This document shows positions 13,194-26,096 of a DNA stretch of 64,000 bases, piece after piece. The notes below the pieces were generated by a model, which was not told where the DNA came from, searched no databases, and worked only from the letters and a program-made list of their open reading frames with translations. The position numbers were made by a program, and so were the translations under genes. Source of the DNA: Callorhinchus milii (Eukaryota). Position 1 is the stretch's first letter, and the number at the start of each line of letters is the position of its first letter. The stretch spans positions 9,054,001 to 9,118,000 of the forward strand of contig NW_024704742.1 of the NCBI RefSeq assembly GCF_018977255.1, written 5' to 3'.

Positions 13194-13570
13194 GGAGTCC
13201 TGTAGTTTAGTAGTTGGAGAGCTCGCCTCGCAAGCAACAGAACTTGGGTTCGGTTTCTGGCAGGGCGAAAGATTGGGCAAGTTTCCTTACTCCACACACC
13301 TCTGTTTACCTAGCAGTAAGTAGGAATCCGGTTGTTAGTTGATTGCCGGATCGCTTTTCCGGGGGTAATGATTCCTTCAAAATAAATTAAATAATAATTT
13401 GGTCATTCGATCCATGATTGTTTGTGGGACACTGCTGTGCGCAACTGGCTGCCACCTTTTGCCCACAAAATATACAGTCAATTCACTTTACAGTATATTC
13501 GATGAAGCGCTTTGAGACGTCTCGAAAATGTGATAAGAAGCTATATCAAATGCAAGGATTATTATTATTA
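13194..13570 (+). mobile_element. SINE-A full length
   Basis: Consensus match from head to tail. Confidence 0.9.
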
Positions 13571-13835
13571 TTTATAATACTATATAAGTATAAATTGTAT
13601 TGTGTTGTAAAATGAAACAGTTGCCCTCTGCAATAATGAGTACAGGAAGGCACACCTATTATTGGGTGGGAGTAAGTTTCTCGTGGAACACATGTGAAAA
13701 CGCAAAATGTTTGGAATGATTGGTGAGCTCTTCTACAATGTGTTATGTGAGGAGCAACAAAACAAGGGAGACGAAGAAAAATTGGGGGGGTGTGGGGGGA
13801 GAATGTCCTAAGAACAGAACGGCTTCTAAACATTT

Positions 13836-14146
13836 CTTTTTGGTAAGCCAGGTATCTGACATATACAGAAACCCATCACCGTGCTTAAGAGTATCCAAAC
13901 CAAGCTGAGATTTCCATGAGTCCCACCTACACATGGAAATCCCAGAGATAGATTGTTGGAATGGAATGCGCACTCTCTCCCTGGAGGGACACATCCTGTT
14001 TACCTAATTCCAGAAAGTATTAGTCGTAGGTTGGCAAGTGCCAAGGCTTGGGGACCCCCAAGCAGTTGGGGTAAATGCTGGAGTGTAACCAGCTAAAACT
14101 ACATAGCTGGCCATTGATATTCCTGTCCGGCAAGCTTTTCCGCTCA
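13836..14146 (-). mobile_element. Family C repeat
   Basis: Well-preserved copy; the T-run at its left edge is an A-tail on the minus strand. Confidence 0.8.
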
Positions 14147-14497
14147 AGGTAATTGGTTCAGCGACATTGTCAAAACCCCATCATTTATCAGAATGTCTTG
14201 AAATCCCTCGTTGACATTTGTTACTTAATTTAATTTATAAAACACAGTAATTCTCCCTCTATTTGATTCTATTAAAATGTCATGACCCACATAGTTGAAT
14301 GCATTTGCCTTCAAGTTTGACATCATGTATGTCATATAACTTAAGGGTCAGATGGGTCTGCAGTCTTTCAGGACAGTGCTGGTGACAATCTAGCCAGCCT
14401 GGCTCATTAGCAGAACTTGGGAGGATGCAGAGCAGTAAATGGGAGTAGAGATTCTTCCAACATAGCTCCTGTTAACCCTGCAAGCCAAAACTCTTAA

Positions 14498-14765
14498 CAG
14501 GTAGTGCGTTCCTAACTGGACAAGCAGGGGGAAGTTTGCCAGACAATGGCAAGCTACAAGGTTTTAGCTGCTTAGACTCCAGCAATCTGGAGTCCCCAAG
14601 CCTGCAACCTTCCCAACTTGTGCCAACTACACTCTGGAAGAAAATAATAGATTGCAGACATGGGAATTTCCATGTGCAGGTGGCAGACATGAAACTCTCA
14701 GTCTGGCTTAGATACTTTGAAGCATGGTGATGATGATATGTGCCAGGCACTCGGCTGATCAGACA
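14498..14765 (+). mobile_element. Family C repeat (diverged)
   Basis: CCTAACTGGACAAGCAG...TTAGACTCCAGC...ATTTCCATGTG...GATACTTTGAAGCATGGTGATG...CGGCTGATCA. Confidence 0.7.
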
Positions 14766-14834
14766 ATAAATACAAGATATTGCAAGTTATGGTCAAGCAC
14801 AACTTATTTGGAAACGATCGTCTATGATGTGAAT

Positions 14835-15135
14835 TGTAATAATAATAAAGATCATTGCATTTGATATAGTGCTTTATCACATGTTTGAGACGCCTCAAAG
14901 TGATTTGACGGTATATTTTTGTGAGCCAATCATGGCAGCCAATTGCATATAGCAGTGTCCCACAAACAGTCGTGGATTGAGTGACCAATTTATTTTAAAA
15001 TTTATTTTCAAGGAATTATTAACCCCAGAAAAGAGATCTGCCAGTTAACTAACAGATTCCTACTTACTGCTAGGTAAACAGAGGCGTGTGGAGTAAGGAA
15101 ACCTGCCCAACATTTCGGCCTGCCTGGGAATCAAA
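14835..15135 (-). mobile_element. SINE-A
   Basis: Consensus match. Confidence 0.85.
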
Positions 15136-17624
15136 CCAAGGTCCTTTACAGGACTCCCAGAATTATGGATGATTGTTTGCAAATGACTTGACCATAAACT
15201 ATTCACAATTATTGACAATTTTGCCCGGAGAGATGTATTGTTATTTATCTGACCATATGCATATTGATGTGCATTTAATATAACCATGGAGAAATCCATA
15301 ATAAAATATCACATTATAAGTTACAAGAGGCAGTTCCACGAAACATTTGCAAAAGGTAATTTTGTACATTTGCCTTTTCTTTTTCACAATAAGTGGGTAA
15401 TTGCAGAACAAGAGCCTGCAACTTATCATTTTTTTAAAATCCTTGCATTTGGTATAGCGCTTTGTATGTCTTCTAGACGTCTGAAAGCGCTTCACAGAAT
15501 ATACTGTAAAGTTAATTGACTATATTTGTGGGCGAAACGCAGCAGGCAATCCACAGTCGTGGATTGAAGTGACCAATCATGCTTCTAGCCTTAGAATTAA
15601 AGCCCTAAAATTTAAGATTGTGCAGTCTTGTAATAATAATAATCCTTTCATTTGATACAGCACCTTTTCACATCTTCGAGAGTCTCACAGAATATACATT
15701 TATTTAAGTGAATTGACTGTATATTTTGGGGGTGAAACGTAAAATATACACTTTACAGTATATTCTGCGAAGCACTTTGAAATGTCTCAAAGACATGATA
15801 AGACACTATATCAAATGCAAAGATTATTACTATATTATTATATTATTGTTAGTTTCAACAGCCCTTTAAAGGGTAGAGCATTCCATGTTAGAATCATGGA
15901 ACTCTGCAGTACAAAAGAATAAACTGTAAAGTGAATTGATTGTATATTTTGTGGGTAAAACGCTGCAGCCAATTGCACACAGCAGTGTGGGACTCAATCA
16001 CAGGAGGTGACTATTGTGTTTGTGCCCATCCCAGAGATAGCTTGACTGGTTACAGCGTCCCGCTGCTGCAGAGACTGAGGAGCTTCAAACCTGACTCCCC
16101 TCTCACCCCCCAAATCCCTGATTGTCCAGTCCCTTGGGACGTCCTCCCGACTTGAAAGGGCTGTACAAATGTAATTTTGCATTGTATCAGGCACACACGC
16201 ACACACACACACAGATTACTAGTCATCAATTAATCCTGCTGATCATTGGCACCATGAAATATAACCATCTCTGCCATCTCCTGCAGCTGTCCACCCCCTG
16301 CAACCATGTATTCCATTCAGAGTCCAACATCCCAGATTTATCCTTCCATGCAGTGTTTACCCAGATGGGATCCATCTCCGTAGGCTGAGTAGGTTCCTTC
16401 AGCCACAGAGGCAGAAATAACAGAGGCAGAGGAAGATAAGATGTAGCTCCCATCTGAAACACCTCCGCCCAACGTGCCCTGGTAGAGCTCACTCATTGCT
16501 GCAGTGCGGGTCACTCCATCTCCCAGCTGATACCCAGTGTCATCCTTACACAGATTAATGGGATTACAATTAAATTGCATTATATCATTGATTTTTAGGG
16601 ACCACTGGGATTCCCTGGAATCTGTTTGAACAGACCGTGGGGCACAGCACACATGTGGATATATAATTACTTTACTTTTTATTTGCACACTTACGTAACT
16701 TTGGCAGCACTGATATCCTTAGGATGGTATTTAAATATTTCATTCAATTTCAAAGAAAGCAACACAGCAGCCTTTGGCCCAAGTGACTGGTCATTATCAT
16801 AGACCTGAATAAACAGTTCCTGATGCTCCAGTCAGCACTTTGTGATGGCGCTGCTCTGTAATCAGGCATTCAGCCGATCAATAAAACCTTTGGAGACAAA
16901 CCATTATCATTTTTATGTGTGGCACAACGGAATCACAGATGCTACAAGCTATTCATTCCCTTGAATGGAATTGTTTGTGTAAGACCAGGAAGTTAGAATC
17001 AAATGAATGTAATCGACTTACAGCAATTAGCTATAATGGAGATTTTCTGGCTCGGGCAGTCCCTAGTCTGCACCTGGTCACTCGGAAAAGCACCAGCTCT
17101 CTACAGGCAACGTCAACGTGTGACTTTAGCTTCCATTGATTATATGTGCAATGTTATGTGTGTCAAGCGCTGTACTTACAAAGACTTTCCAGTTGACATG
17201 TAATGACAGGCACTTATTAACTGATGCAAAGGCCTGTTTTGTTATTAAAGCACTTTAGGCAATAGTCTGCTTGCCTTCACACTGTGCTGTGCCATCTGAT
17301 CATTATGCAACAATACTGCTGAATGCCCTTGGAATCATTATCATAATGACAACAAGGCAGTGTGGCTCATGGGAGAGGGGAGAAAATGGCTTCACTTGAC
17401 ATTACTGAATGATGAAAGGTTTATAATACTACTCTGAGCCATGAGAGGTGCTTTCTGCCTTCATATGGGAAGTACGTGGGGAGGTTTGATTACATGTTAG
17501 GCCTTTCTCTTGATAGTGGTTATCAGGGCACGTCAAGCACTCATGCAATGACATCCGCACTGAAAGGTTATCGACTGGAATGAAGGTAACATCAGTATAA
17601 GCTGTGCAGAACAACTAAAGAGGA

Positions 17625-18000
17625 AAGTCTTGTAACTCAGTGACTAGAGCAAACGCCTCGCAAGCGAGAGGACCTGTGTTCGATTCCCAGGCAGGGTGAA
17701 ACGTTGGTCAAGTTTCCTTACTCCACACACCTCTGTTTACCTAGCAGTATGTACGACCCCAGTTGTTAGTCGATTGGCGGACCGCTTTTCCGGGGGTAAT
17801 AATCCCTTTTAAAATTAAATGTAGTCACTCAATCCACAAATGTTTGTGGGATGCTGCTGTATGTAATTGGCTGCCACGTTTCGCCCAAAATATACGGTCA
17901 ATTCACTTTACAGTATATTCTGTGAAGCGCTTTGAGACGGCTTGAAGATGTGATAAGGTGCTATATCAAATGCAAGGATTATTATTATTATTATTATTAT
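17625..18000 (+). mobile_element. SINE-A full length
   Basis: Consensus match with a long (TTA)n tail. Confidence 0.9.
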
Positions 18001-18539
18001 AAGATACAACTCTTTAGCCTTGAAAGAGGAGTATCAAACTGCATTTTGTAGAATGAGGTTGAGAATTAAACCTAGACCAATACTCTCAGTTATGCCAAGG
18101 CAGCAGAACAAGAGATCAGAAGTTTAGGGCTCTTATGGGTGATTTCCGGACAAAGCATTTCTTCACTCAGAGGACAATTTACAACTGCAATTGGTCGGCA
18201 GGAAGGGTGGTTGAGGTCAGGATGTTGGATTCATTAAGAAATCACTGGAAGGGGAAAGACAGAAAGGTGGGTGTTCTGAAAGGATGAAATTAAATGTGCA
18301 AAGGATGTTAATCACCGGGACCTTTCTCATGGCTCTTGCGCATAAGAAAATAAAAACTACAAATGGTGCAAGAAAAATAAATCATATTCAACAGCTCGAT
18401 TTAGATTTTTCTTTATTTGATTTTCTCTCTTTTATTTTCTCTTTCTTAAACATTTAGAGACATCACCCTGCTGCCTTCCACCACCGACACCACCCCACCG
18501 TGAAGGATGCTATATGAATGTAAGTTGTTGCTGTTGTTG

Positions 18540-19000
18540 TATTTGTTTGTCACCTCCCGCTTGGATTACTCCAACGCACTCCTCACTGGTTTCCGCAGCT
18601 CCACTATTCAAAAAATCGAGCTCATTCAGAACTCTGCTGCCCGCATACAGACTCAAACCAAACTCCGTACTCACATCCCACTAGTTCTGGCCCAGGCTCC
18701 ACTGGCTCCCCATCATCAAACGGATCAACTTCAAGATCCTCACTCTCGTGTTCAAATCCTTTCACTTTCTGGCACCTCCCTCCTTCTCCGACCTCCTCAC
18801 TCCCCAATCCACCCCCTGGTGCCTCCGCTCGACTGGTACCAGCCTCCTACTTGTCCCTTGCACCCTCCATCCCACCATCGGAGGTTGTGCTTTCAGCCAC
18901 TACACCCCAAATCTCTGGAACACCCTCCCTCAATCCCTCCACTTTATCCCCCCTCACCCCTTTTTCAAGTCTTGTCTGAAGACATTCATCTTCGACCTTG
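18540..19000 (+). mobile_element. L2 ORF2 C-terminal relic (subfamily 1)
   Basis: FVTSRLDYSNALL...IQNSAARI...HIPLVL, then in another frame FKSFHFLAP...LWNTLP...FKSCLKTFIF. Confidence 0.9.
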
Positions 19001-19177
19001 TATGTGTGTGCATGTGTGCATGTGTGCATGTGAAATGCATTTGTGTGTGTGTATGTGCGCCCAAGGGTTTCTCAGTAAAATATTGAGCACTCATGGTTCT
19101 GGAAACCTGCCTCCCTCTTAAAGGGACAGGCTAACAGATAGCACTCTGCCTTGCAACAAACCCCTAGGAAGCCTTTT

Positions 19178-19422
19178 TTAGCCAGTTAAACTCCAGCAGT
19201 TACCCCAACGCCACACTCTTGGGTTCCTCCCAAGCCTTGGCTCTTGCCATCTGCGCCTAAAACACCTAAACAGGATGCGTCCCTCCAGGGAGAGACAGGG
19301 AGCGTATTCCATTCCAACAACCTATTTCTGGGATTTCCGTGTGTAGGTGGGATGCCTGGAAATCTCATCTTGGTTTGGATGCTCTTAAGCATCGTGATGG
19401 GTTTCCGCATGTGTCAGACACC
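19178..19422 (+). mobile_element. Family C repeat (3' two-thirds)
   Basis: ACTCCAGCAGTTACCCCAACG...GGATTTCCGTGTGTAGGTGGGATGCCTGGAAATCTC...GTGTCAGACA. Confidence 0.8.
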
Positions 19423-19734
19423 TGTGCTGTTTGTTGCCTTCTGCCAGGAATGGAGAAAACAGAAAAAAATAGCTGCTTTGATCTTCCAGACAGATTTTCT
19501 GGGATGTTTACATTAGCCTGTCATTTAAAGGAACTCAGTAACGATGATCTAAATCTCTCCTCAGTGAGGATTACAAGGTAGCTGAAGTTCGTTAACCCTT
19601 TCACCTTATTTTCATGTTTATTTTCTAATAGCTATTAGACGTTTTAGTGTTGAATTTCCAACTCTGGAATAGTTGACGTAACTTTCATCTCATGCCACAC
19701 AATTCATTTGTGAGATTCATGTTTTTTATTGAAC

Positions 19735-19925
19735 TGTAGAATCAGACAGCAAAGAAGGAGGCCATTCGGCCTATTGTGCCTGTGCCAGCTCTTTGAAAGA
19801 GCTACCCAATTAGTCCCACTACGCCGCTCTTTCCCCATAGCCTTGCAATTTGTTTCTTTTCAAGTATATATATAATCCGATTCCCTTTTGAAAGTCATTA
19901 TTCAATCTACTTTCACCACCCTTTA
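19735..19925 (-). mobile_element. CR1 3' end
   Basis: GAAGGAGGCCATTCGGCC...GCTCTTTGAAAGAGCT, the reverse complement of the CR1 3' UTR at 50130-50180. Confidence 0.75.
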
Positions 19926-20464
19926 ATTTGCAAATAAAACTTGGAGTGAAAGAATTATTCCACAATTCTTTATTTGGGGAATTGTTGGCCAGGATACCGG
20001 GAGAAAATCCTCTCTCTTTTCGAACACTGCTGTGGGATCTTTAATTTCTACTTGAACAGGCAGACGGGACCTCGGTTTAACATCTCATCCAACGGACGGC
20101 ACCTCCAACTGTTCCACAATTCTTTCAAACCAAAATGAAGTCTGGGGTTCCTGAACTGTGCTCTCAAGAAAAGGCCTTTTGGTTGTATTGATGAAAACTT
20201 TGCAGCAAATGAGAGCCCAGCTGCAATGATCAGCATGTGGCAGCTATGAAACAGCTGACAAACCAAATGAGTGATGGAGGGAAAAGCCTGAGAATACACC
20301 TGGAGTGTGTGGAGCTTGAAATGAGAAAGTCAAATAATAATAATGATGATTAATTTTGGATTTGATATAGTGCCAAACAATTTACATTTATATTACAACT
20401 TTCATGTCGGGAGGATGTCTCAAAGTGCTTAACAATGCTGGATGGGGGTGGGAGCCAAGGTGGA

Positions 20465-20745
20465 GTAGAGTACTTGCCTCGCAAGTGATAGGACCCCGGT
20501 TCGATTCCGGGCAGGGAGAAACCTTAGGGAAGTTTCCTTACTGTACACGTCTCTGTTTACCTAGCAGTAAATAGGAACCTGATTGTCAATTGTGGATCAT
20601 TTTTCAGGGGTAATAATAATTAGGTCACTCAATCCATGACTGTTTGTAGGACACTGCTGTGTGCAATTGACTGCTGCGTTTCACCCACAAATATACTGTC
20701 AATTCACTTTACAGTATATTCAGTGAAGCACTTTGAGACGTCAGG
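20465..20745 (+). mobile_element. SINE-A
   Basis: Consensus match. Confidence 0.85.
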
Positions 20746-20914
20746 AGGTCGTCTCAAAGAGTTTCACAGAATTTACTGTAAAGTGTAGTGATTGTGCATT
20801 TTGTAGACTTACAAACGCTGATGTCTGGGAGATGGACATACAAGGCCTGGCACATCACCATCATGACAGTATTGATGGGGAGGGGGCAGGGGATCAGCCT
20901 CAACATACAACCGA

Positions 20915-21428
20915 GAGGCTACAAGCTCAAGGCATTCTGCAGGCCGTGTCCTCTCCCGCACTAGGCTCTGTGACCCTATCACCCCCATCCTCGCCCAACT
21001 CTACTGGCTCCCCATCTCCCAGAGGATGTAGTTCAAGATCCTGGTCTTCACCTTCAAAGCCCTCCATGGACCTGCTCCTCCCTACCTCTGAGACCTCCTA
21101 ACCCCCTACCAACCTGCCCGGTCCCTCTGCTCAGTCCCCCACCTCGCCTGCCCCATCATTGGCAGGCAGACCTTCAGCACCACTGCTCCCACCCTCTGGA
21201 ACTCCATCCCACAGGCCCTTCAGCTCATCCCCTCCCTTGTCTCCTTCAAGACCTGTCTCAAGACCCTCCTCTTTGACTGTGCCTTCGGGCACCTTTCTAC
21301 CCCTGCCTCCCCTCCCTCCACCCTTCCTGATCCCAACTGCCAGTTTGGGTGCGGATCCCTGACTGTCCAGCGCCTTGGGACGTCCTCCTGATCTGAAAGT
21401 CGCTTTACAAATGTAATTTGTTGTTGTT
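20915..21428 (+). mobile_element. L2 3' relic (subfamily 2)
   Basis: Pyrimidine-rich L2 ORF2 end; terminus GCGCCTTGGGACGTCCTCCTGA...TACAAATGTAATTTGTTGTTG. Confidence 0.85.
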
Positions 21429-21654
21429 TTTATTATTCTTAAGCCATTCACAGGACCGAGGAAGAAGACTAGGAGGACGTGAATGATTTAAAGAAAAAAT
21501 CCTGAAGCTCTTTCTGCTGGGCCTCCTGAGTAAAGGTACTATAGGTCAGCAGTACCATGGAAATTTACAACAGTAGCAGTTCATTGGACTCATTGTGCAA
21601 GTGTCAGTATTTATTCCTCCAATGAAGCCATTTATCCAAATCAAACTTTAAAGT

Positions 21655-22330
21655 GTCAACCTGACTTAGTTGTTACCATAAGCTCTGAGTCATATGATTA
21701 TGGATTGAAGCCCTATGTCAATAGTTAGATTAGACTGATATTCCAATATAGTGCAAGAGAGTGGAGTCCTGTAGCTCAGTGGTTAGAGCACTCACCTCGC
21801 AAGACCTGGGTTGTTTCCAGGCAGGACAAAACATTGGCCAAGTACCTTACTCCACACTCTGTTTACCTAGCAGTAAGTAGGAACCTGGTTGTTAGTCGAT
21901 TGGTGGATCGCTTTTCTGGGGGTAATAATTACTTTAAAAAAATTGGTCACTTCAATCCATGACTGTTTATGGGACGCTGCTGTGCGCAATTGGCTGCCAC
22001 GTTACTCCCACAAAAAATATACAGTCAATTCATTTTGCAGTATATTCTGTGAAGCGTTTTGAGACGTCTTGAAGACATGATAAGGCGCTATATCAAATGC
22101 AAATACAAGGATTAGAAGGGGAGCACAGCAAAGCTGGAGGTGCCATCCATTGGATGAGATGTTAAACCGAGGTCCCATCTCCTGTTCAGGTAGACATTAA
22201 AGATCCCACGGCACTGTTAGAAAAGAGAGAGGGTTTCTCTCAGTGTCCTGGCCAACAATTCCCCAAATAAAGAATTGCTGTGTGCCACTTGCCTGGTGTG
22301 TTTGTCTACAAATATACAGTCAGTACACTT
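21655..22330 (+). mobile_element. SINE-B split by a SINE-A insertion (21762-22115)
   Basis: SINE-B head at 21655-21760, SINE-A, then SINE-B Deu domain GGATGAGATGTTAAACCGAGG resumes at ~22130. Confidence 0.8.
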
Positions 22331-23599
22331 TGCAGACTTGCAACTTATAGACTAGGCATTCACTGTTTTGAATGACAAATAATAGACGCTATGTCAAAGG
22401 CAAGTATTATTATTAAAATTACCTGCTCTCTGACTTTACCCTCCAGCTGTGTGCTTCTTAAATTCCCTTTAAAAGAGTTCAATCCACTCCGTTCCACCAC
22501 TGCTAATTCACTGCATATTGTGATGACCCTCTGGGAGAAAATAATCTGCCTAATTTTGCCCTTCCCACCCGATACTACCAGGTTTAGCTGGGATCAAAAG
22601 ACCCTGTTGAAAATAAATGCAACATGATTCAGTCAAAGTACAGACGTAGAGGAACACTGCCACAAACTCATGTTTAAAACATTTGTGTAAAAAAAACTGA
22701 AACAGTTGTTTCTGATCAGATCAAATTAAGGAAAATAGTTCCTTTTTTTAGAAAAAAATGTCTGAGCAGATACATGATGCAGCCTAAAGATCCAGAGATA
22801 AAATGTGCGGGTTTTGCAGAAACCAACTGTGCGTGAGTCACAGCTGAGTGTTGGAAGCTCGGTCTTACACTTTTCTGGGGAAACAATCGGTACGTTTGTC
22901 TTGATAACCCAAGAAGTGGAGCAATTAAAGTGTCCATTTTCCAACATCTGCCTTGTGGGCCGGGTGTCAGCTTCCCTCCAGCTGTCTCTCGGTCCTCAGT
23001 CAGATTTTGAGATCGCACCTGAAGCAATTTCCCCCCCTGCCCGATACTCAGGCATCAATTAATAAATAACCCTTGTGTTTGATACAGCGCCTATCACGTC
23101 AAAATATCTCAAAGAATAAAATGTCTCGACAGGCAATTGCTGTAAAGTATAGAACTGTGTGTGAAGGGAGTTTCTCCCAGTGTCAGGGTCAGCAATTCCC
23201 CCAAATAAGATGGTCACTCACTTCATGGCTGTTCCTATGTGTGCAAATCGGATTCTGCGTTTGTCTACAATCACACAGTCACTACACTTTACAGTAAAAA
23301 CCTGTGAAGTGCTTTGAGACACCTCGATGTTGTGGTATATCAAGGATTATTATTTCATTATTATTTGCTGGCAAAAGCAGCAGGTAATTTGCACACAATA
23401 ACTCGTAAATAACCATGATGTAGATCTGGAAAACTGTTTGCCAGAACATCACAAGAAGCTCCCTTCTCTTATTACCCGCGTGCAATGCACTATTTAATGT
23501 CCAGCTGAGCAGGTACCTAAGACCTCAGTTTAATGGTTCATCTGAACATCCCCATCTCTGACGATACAACACTCCTCCAGAGTCAGCTGAGAGTGGCTA

Positions 23600-23990
23600 A
23601 TAACAACAGCAACTTGCATTTATATGGCACCTCTCACAGAGGGCATCGTCCCAGAGTGCTTGACATTGGCGGAGGACAATGCCGAGCTGGGGGGAGTGGG
23701 AGGTGACTGTAGACACGGTCGAAGAGGAACATCTTCAGGTGCGACCTGAACAACAACAACTTGCCTTTATATAGCACCTTTCACGTGGGGTAGGTCCCGG
23801 ATATGAAGATGGGGAAGGAGGAGACAAGATACGAGGATAGAGGTTCAGAGTGCTTCAGAGTTTCAGGGCAGAGTGGCTGAAAGTGCGGCCACTGATGGTG
23901 GAACAGAGGGCACGAGGGACAAGCAGGATGCCGGAGCCAGTCGAGCGGAGCCAGAGGGTAGTGGGTTGAGGTGCAAGCAGGTCAGAGAGG
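23600..23990 (-). mobile_element. L2 3' relics (subfamily 1; two tails)
   Basis: Two CAACTTGCATTTATAT-like termini plus an L2 body. Confidence 0.75.
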
Positions 23991-24404
23991 CAGGGAATAA
24001 ATCAGGATAATACATGTCAATAGATCTACTTTCCACCCCGGCCATCTTAATTAATGGGCAGCAACTTAGGAAACATAATGGAAAAAAAACCTTCCTTTAT
24101 ATTTTATTGTTTTATTTTCTTCTGCATAGTCGAGGGTGTTGCCATATATCTGCCTCAAACTTGGGCCCAAATGCCACCTATTTTTAGATTTAAGAGGACG
24201 AAAATTGTGAAACTTTCCTGAAGACTTTCCTTTCAATTTTAGTGGATCCAATTATTTTCTACTTTTCTTGACATTGGCATAGGCCTCTGCTCCTGGTGCC
24301 CAGAATCCTCAATGCTGGAGTGTAATTCTGGATGAGCTGGTTGCCCATTGGTAATTTCCTTTGTGATTAGTGTTTATGTGTGAGCCTTGTCAGCAGATCA
24401 CATA

Positions 24405-24777
24405 GAGTCCTGTAGCTCAGTGGTTACAGCACTTGCCACGCAAGTGAGAGACCTGGGTTCGATTCCCAGCAGAGTGAAATGTTGGGCAAGTTTCTTAGTC
24501 CATACGCCTCTGTTTACCTAGCAGTGAATAGGAGCCCGGTTGTTAGTTGATTGGCGGATCGGTTTTCCAGAGGTAATAATTCCTTCAAAAAAATATAATA
24601 AATTGGTCACTTCAATCCACGACTGTTTGTGGGACACTGCTGTGCACAATTGGCTGCCGCATTTCGCCCACAAAATATACAGTCAATTCACTTTACAGTA
24701 TATTCTGTGGAGCGCTTTGAGATATCTCAAAGATGTGATAAGGCGCTAAATCAAATGCAAGGATTATTATTATTATT
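24405..24777 (+). mobile_element. SINE-A full length
   Basis: Consensus match. Confidence 0.9.
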
Positions 24778-25237
24778 CAGAGGGGGAGCACAGCCGAATC
24801 TCCACCTGGCTACCGTCACACTTGCAGTACCAATGTAGGGGGCTGAAAGGGAGCCAGGAGTCAGCCTCCCCAGACAGCCCTAACTGAGACCAGCAAACTC
24901 AGCAGATACCGGGATTCGAACCAGTGAGCTCCAGTTCTGTAAACTGCGGCTTGTGATAATTCCAGCCTTAAATTGGAAGCAGGCTTCTCATAATGATTAA
25001 AAACAAATGTGTTGCAAATAGAATTTTCAGGAATTCTGCATCATGTTGAACATTAAGCCGCGATGGACTTAATAATAATAAAAAGAATAATAATCCTTGC
25101 ATTTGATATAGCATCTTATTCCCTTCCCCTATCACCTCCCTCTGGCTCAGCATTGGGCTCCATCATTGTTAAGTGCTCTGGGTCGCTGCCAGGCATGGAG
25201 GTCACTATATACATGCAAATTGTTGTTGTTGTTATCG

Positions 25238-25556
25238 TGTCTTCTAGACGTCTCAAAGCGCTTCACAAAATATACTGTAAAGTGAATTGACTATATTTTG
25301 TGGGAAAAACATGGCAGCCAATTGTGCACAGCAGTGTCCCACAAACAGTTGTGGATTAAGTGAACAAATTGTTATTTATTTTGAAGGGATTATTACCTCT
25401 GGAAAAGTGATCCACCAATCGACTAACAACCGGGTTCCAACTTGCTGCTAGGTAAACAGAGACATATGGAGTAAGGAAACTTGCCTAAAGTTTTGCCCTG
25501 CCCGGGAATCGAACCCAGGTCTCTCGCTTGTGCTCTAACCACTGAGCTACAGGACA
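25238..25556 (-). mobile_element. SINE-A
   Basis: Consensus match. Confidence 0.88.
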
Positions 25557-26096
25557 CCAGGTGGCTACAGGCGAGGTGGAATTTCAGACTTCTGTCTATA
25601 ATTGACTAAGAGTGGGAGAGGAGTTCCTTCACTGGCTTCACCCCCTGATAACCAAGTTGAGATAGCTGCTGCGCTACAGTTCCCCTGAGAGAGGTTTCGC
25701 TCATTTTCGCGAGGAAACGATTGCTGAATTTGTGGCGTGCTGTTTCTTGGCTGGGTTTGCACTATTAGAATTAATATTTTACTGTCTGCAGAATCTATGT
25801 TTGTGCTGTGACTTGCATGGGCCGCTGTAGTTAACACTGTCATTTTTTCTTGACAATAATGCCCAGAAAGCTTTAGCAGAAGGAAGGCCATAACAAAAGA
25901 GCTTTCCCAACACTTCTTCACCCCTTTCTGAGTCATAAATAACAAAGAGTTTTAAATTTGCAGAGACAAGAGACACGGAGGCCTATTAATAGAAAGCACA
26001 TTTTGGAAGGTCAGCTGCACCCACACTGGCAGATGGCTGCTCCTGCAATGCTTGTCCTTTGCGCATTTCCTGGGTTGTCACGTGTTAGTTCCTTAC

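Noticed and set aside
13418..13615. Recurrent peptides such as [12 protein letters not shown] and [12 protein letters not shown] in many ORFs
   Set aside because: Translations of the shared SINE tail, not a gene family
13836..14146. Family C as a pseudogene of 7SK, 7SL, RNase P/MRP, telomerase RNA or rRNA
   Set aside because: I could not find the diagnostic conserved motifs of those RNAs by eye
18507..19121. 204-aa ORF
   Set aside because: Frameshifted L2 ORF2 relic, not a host gene
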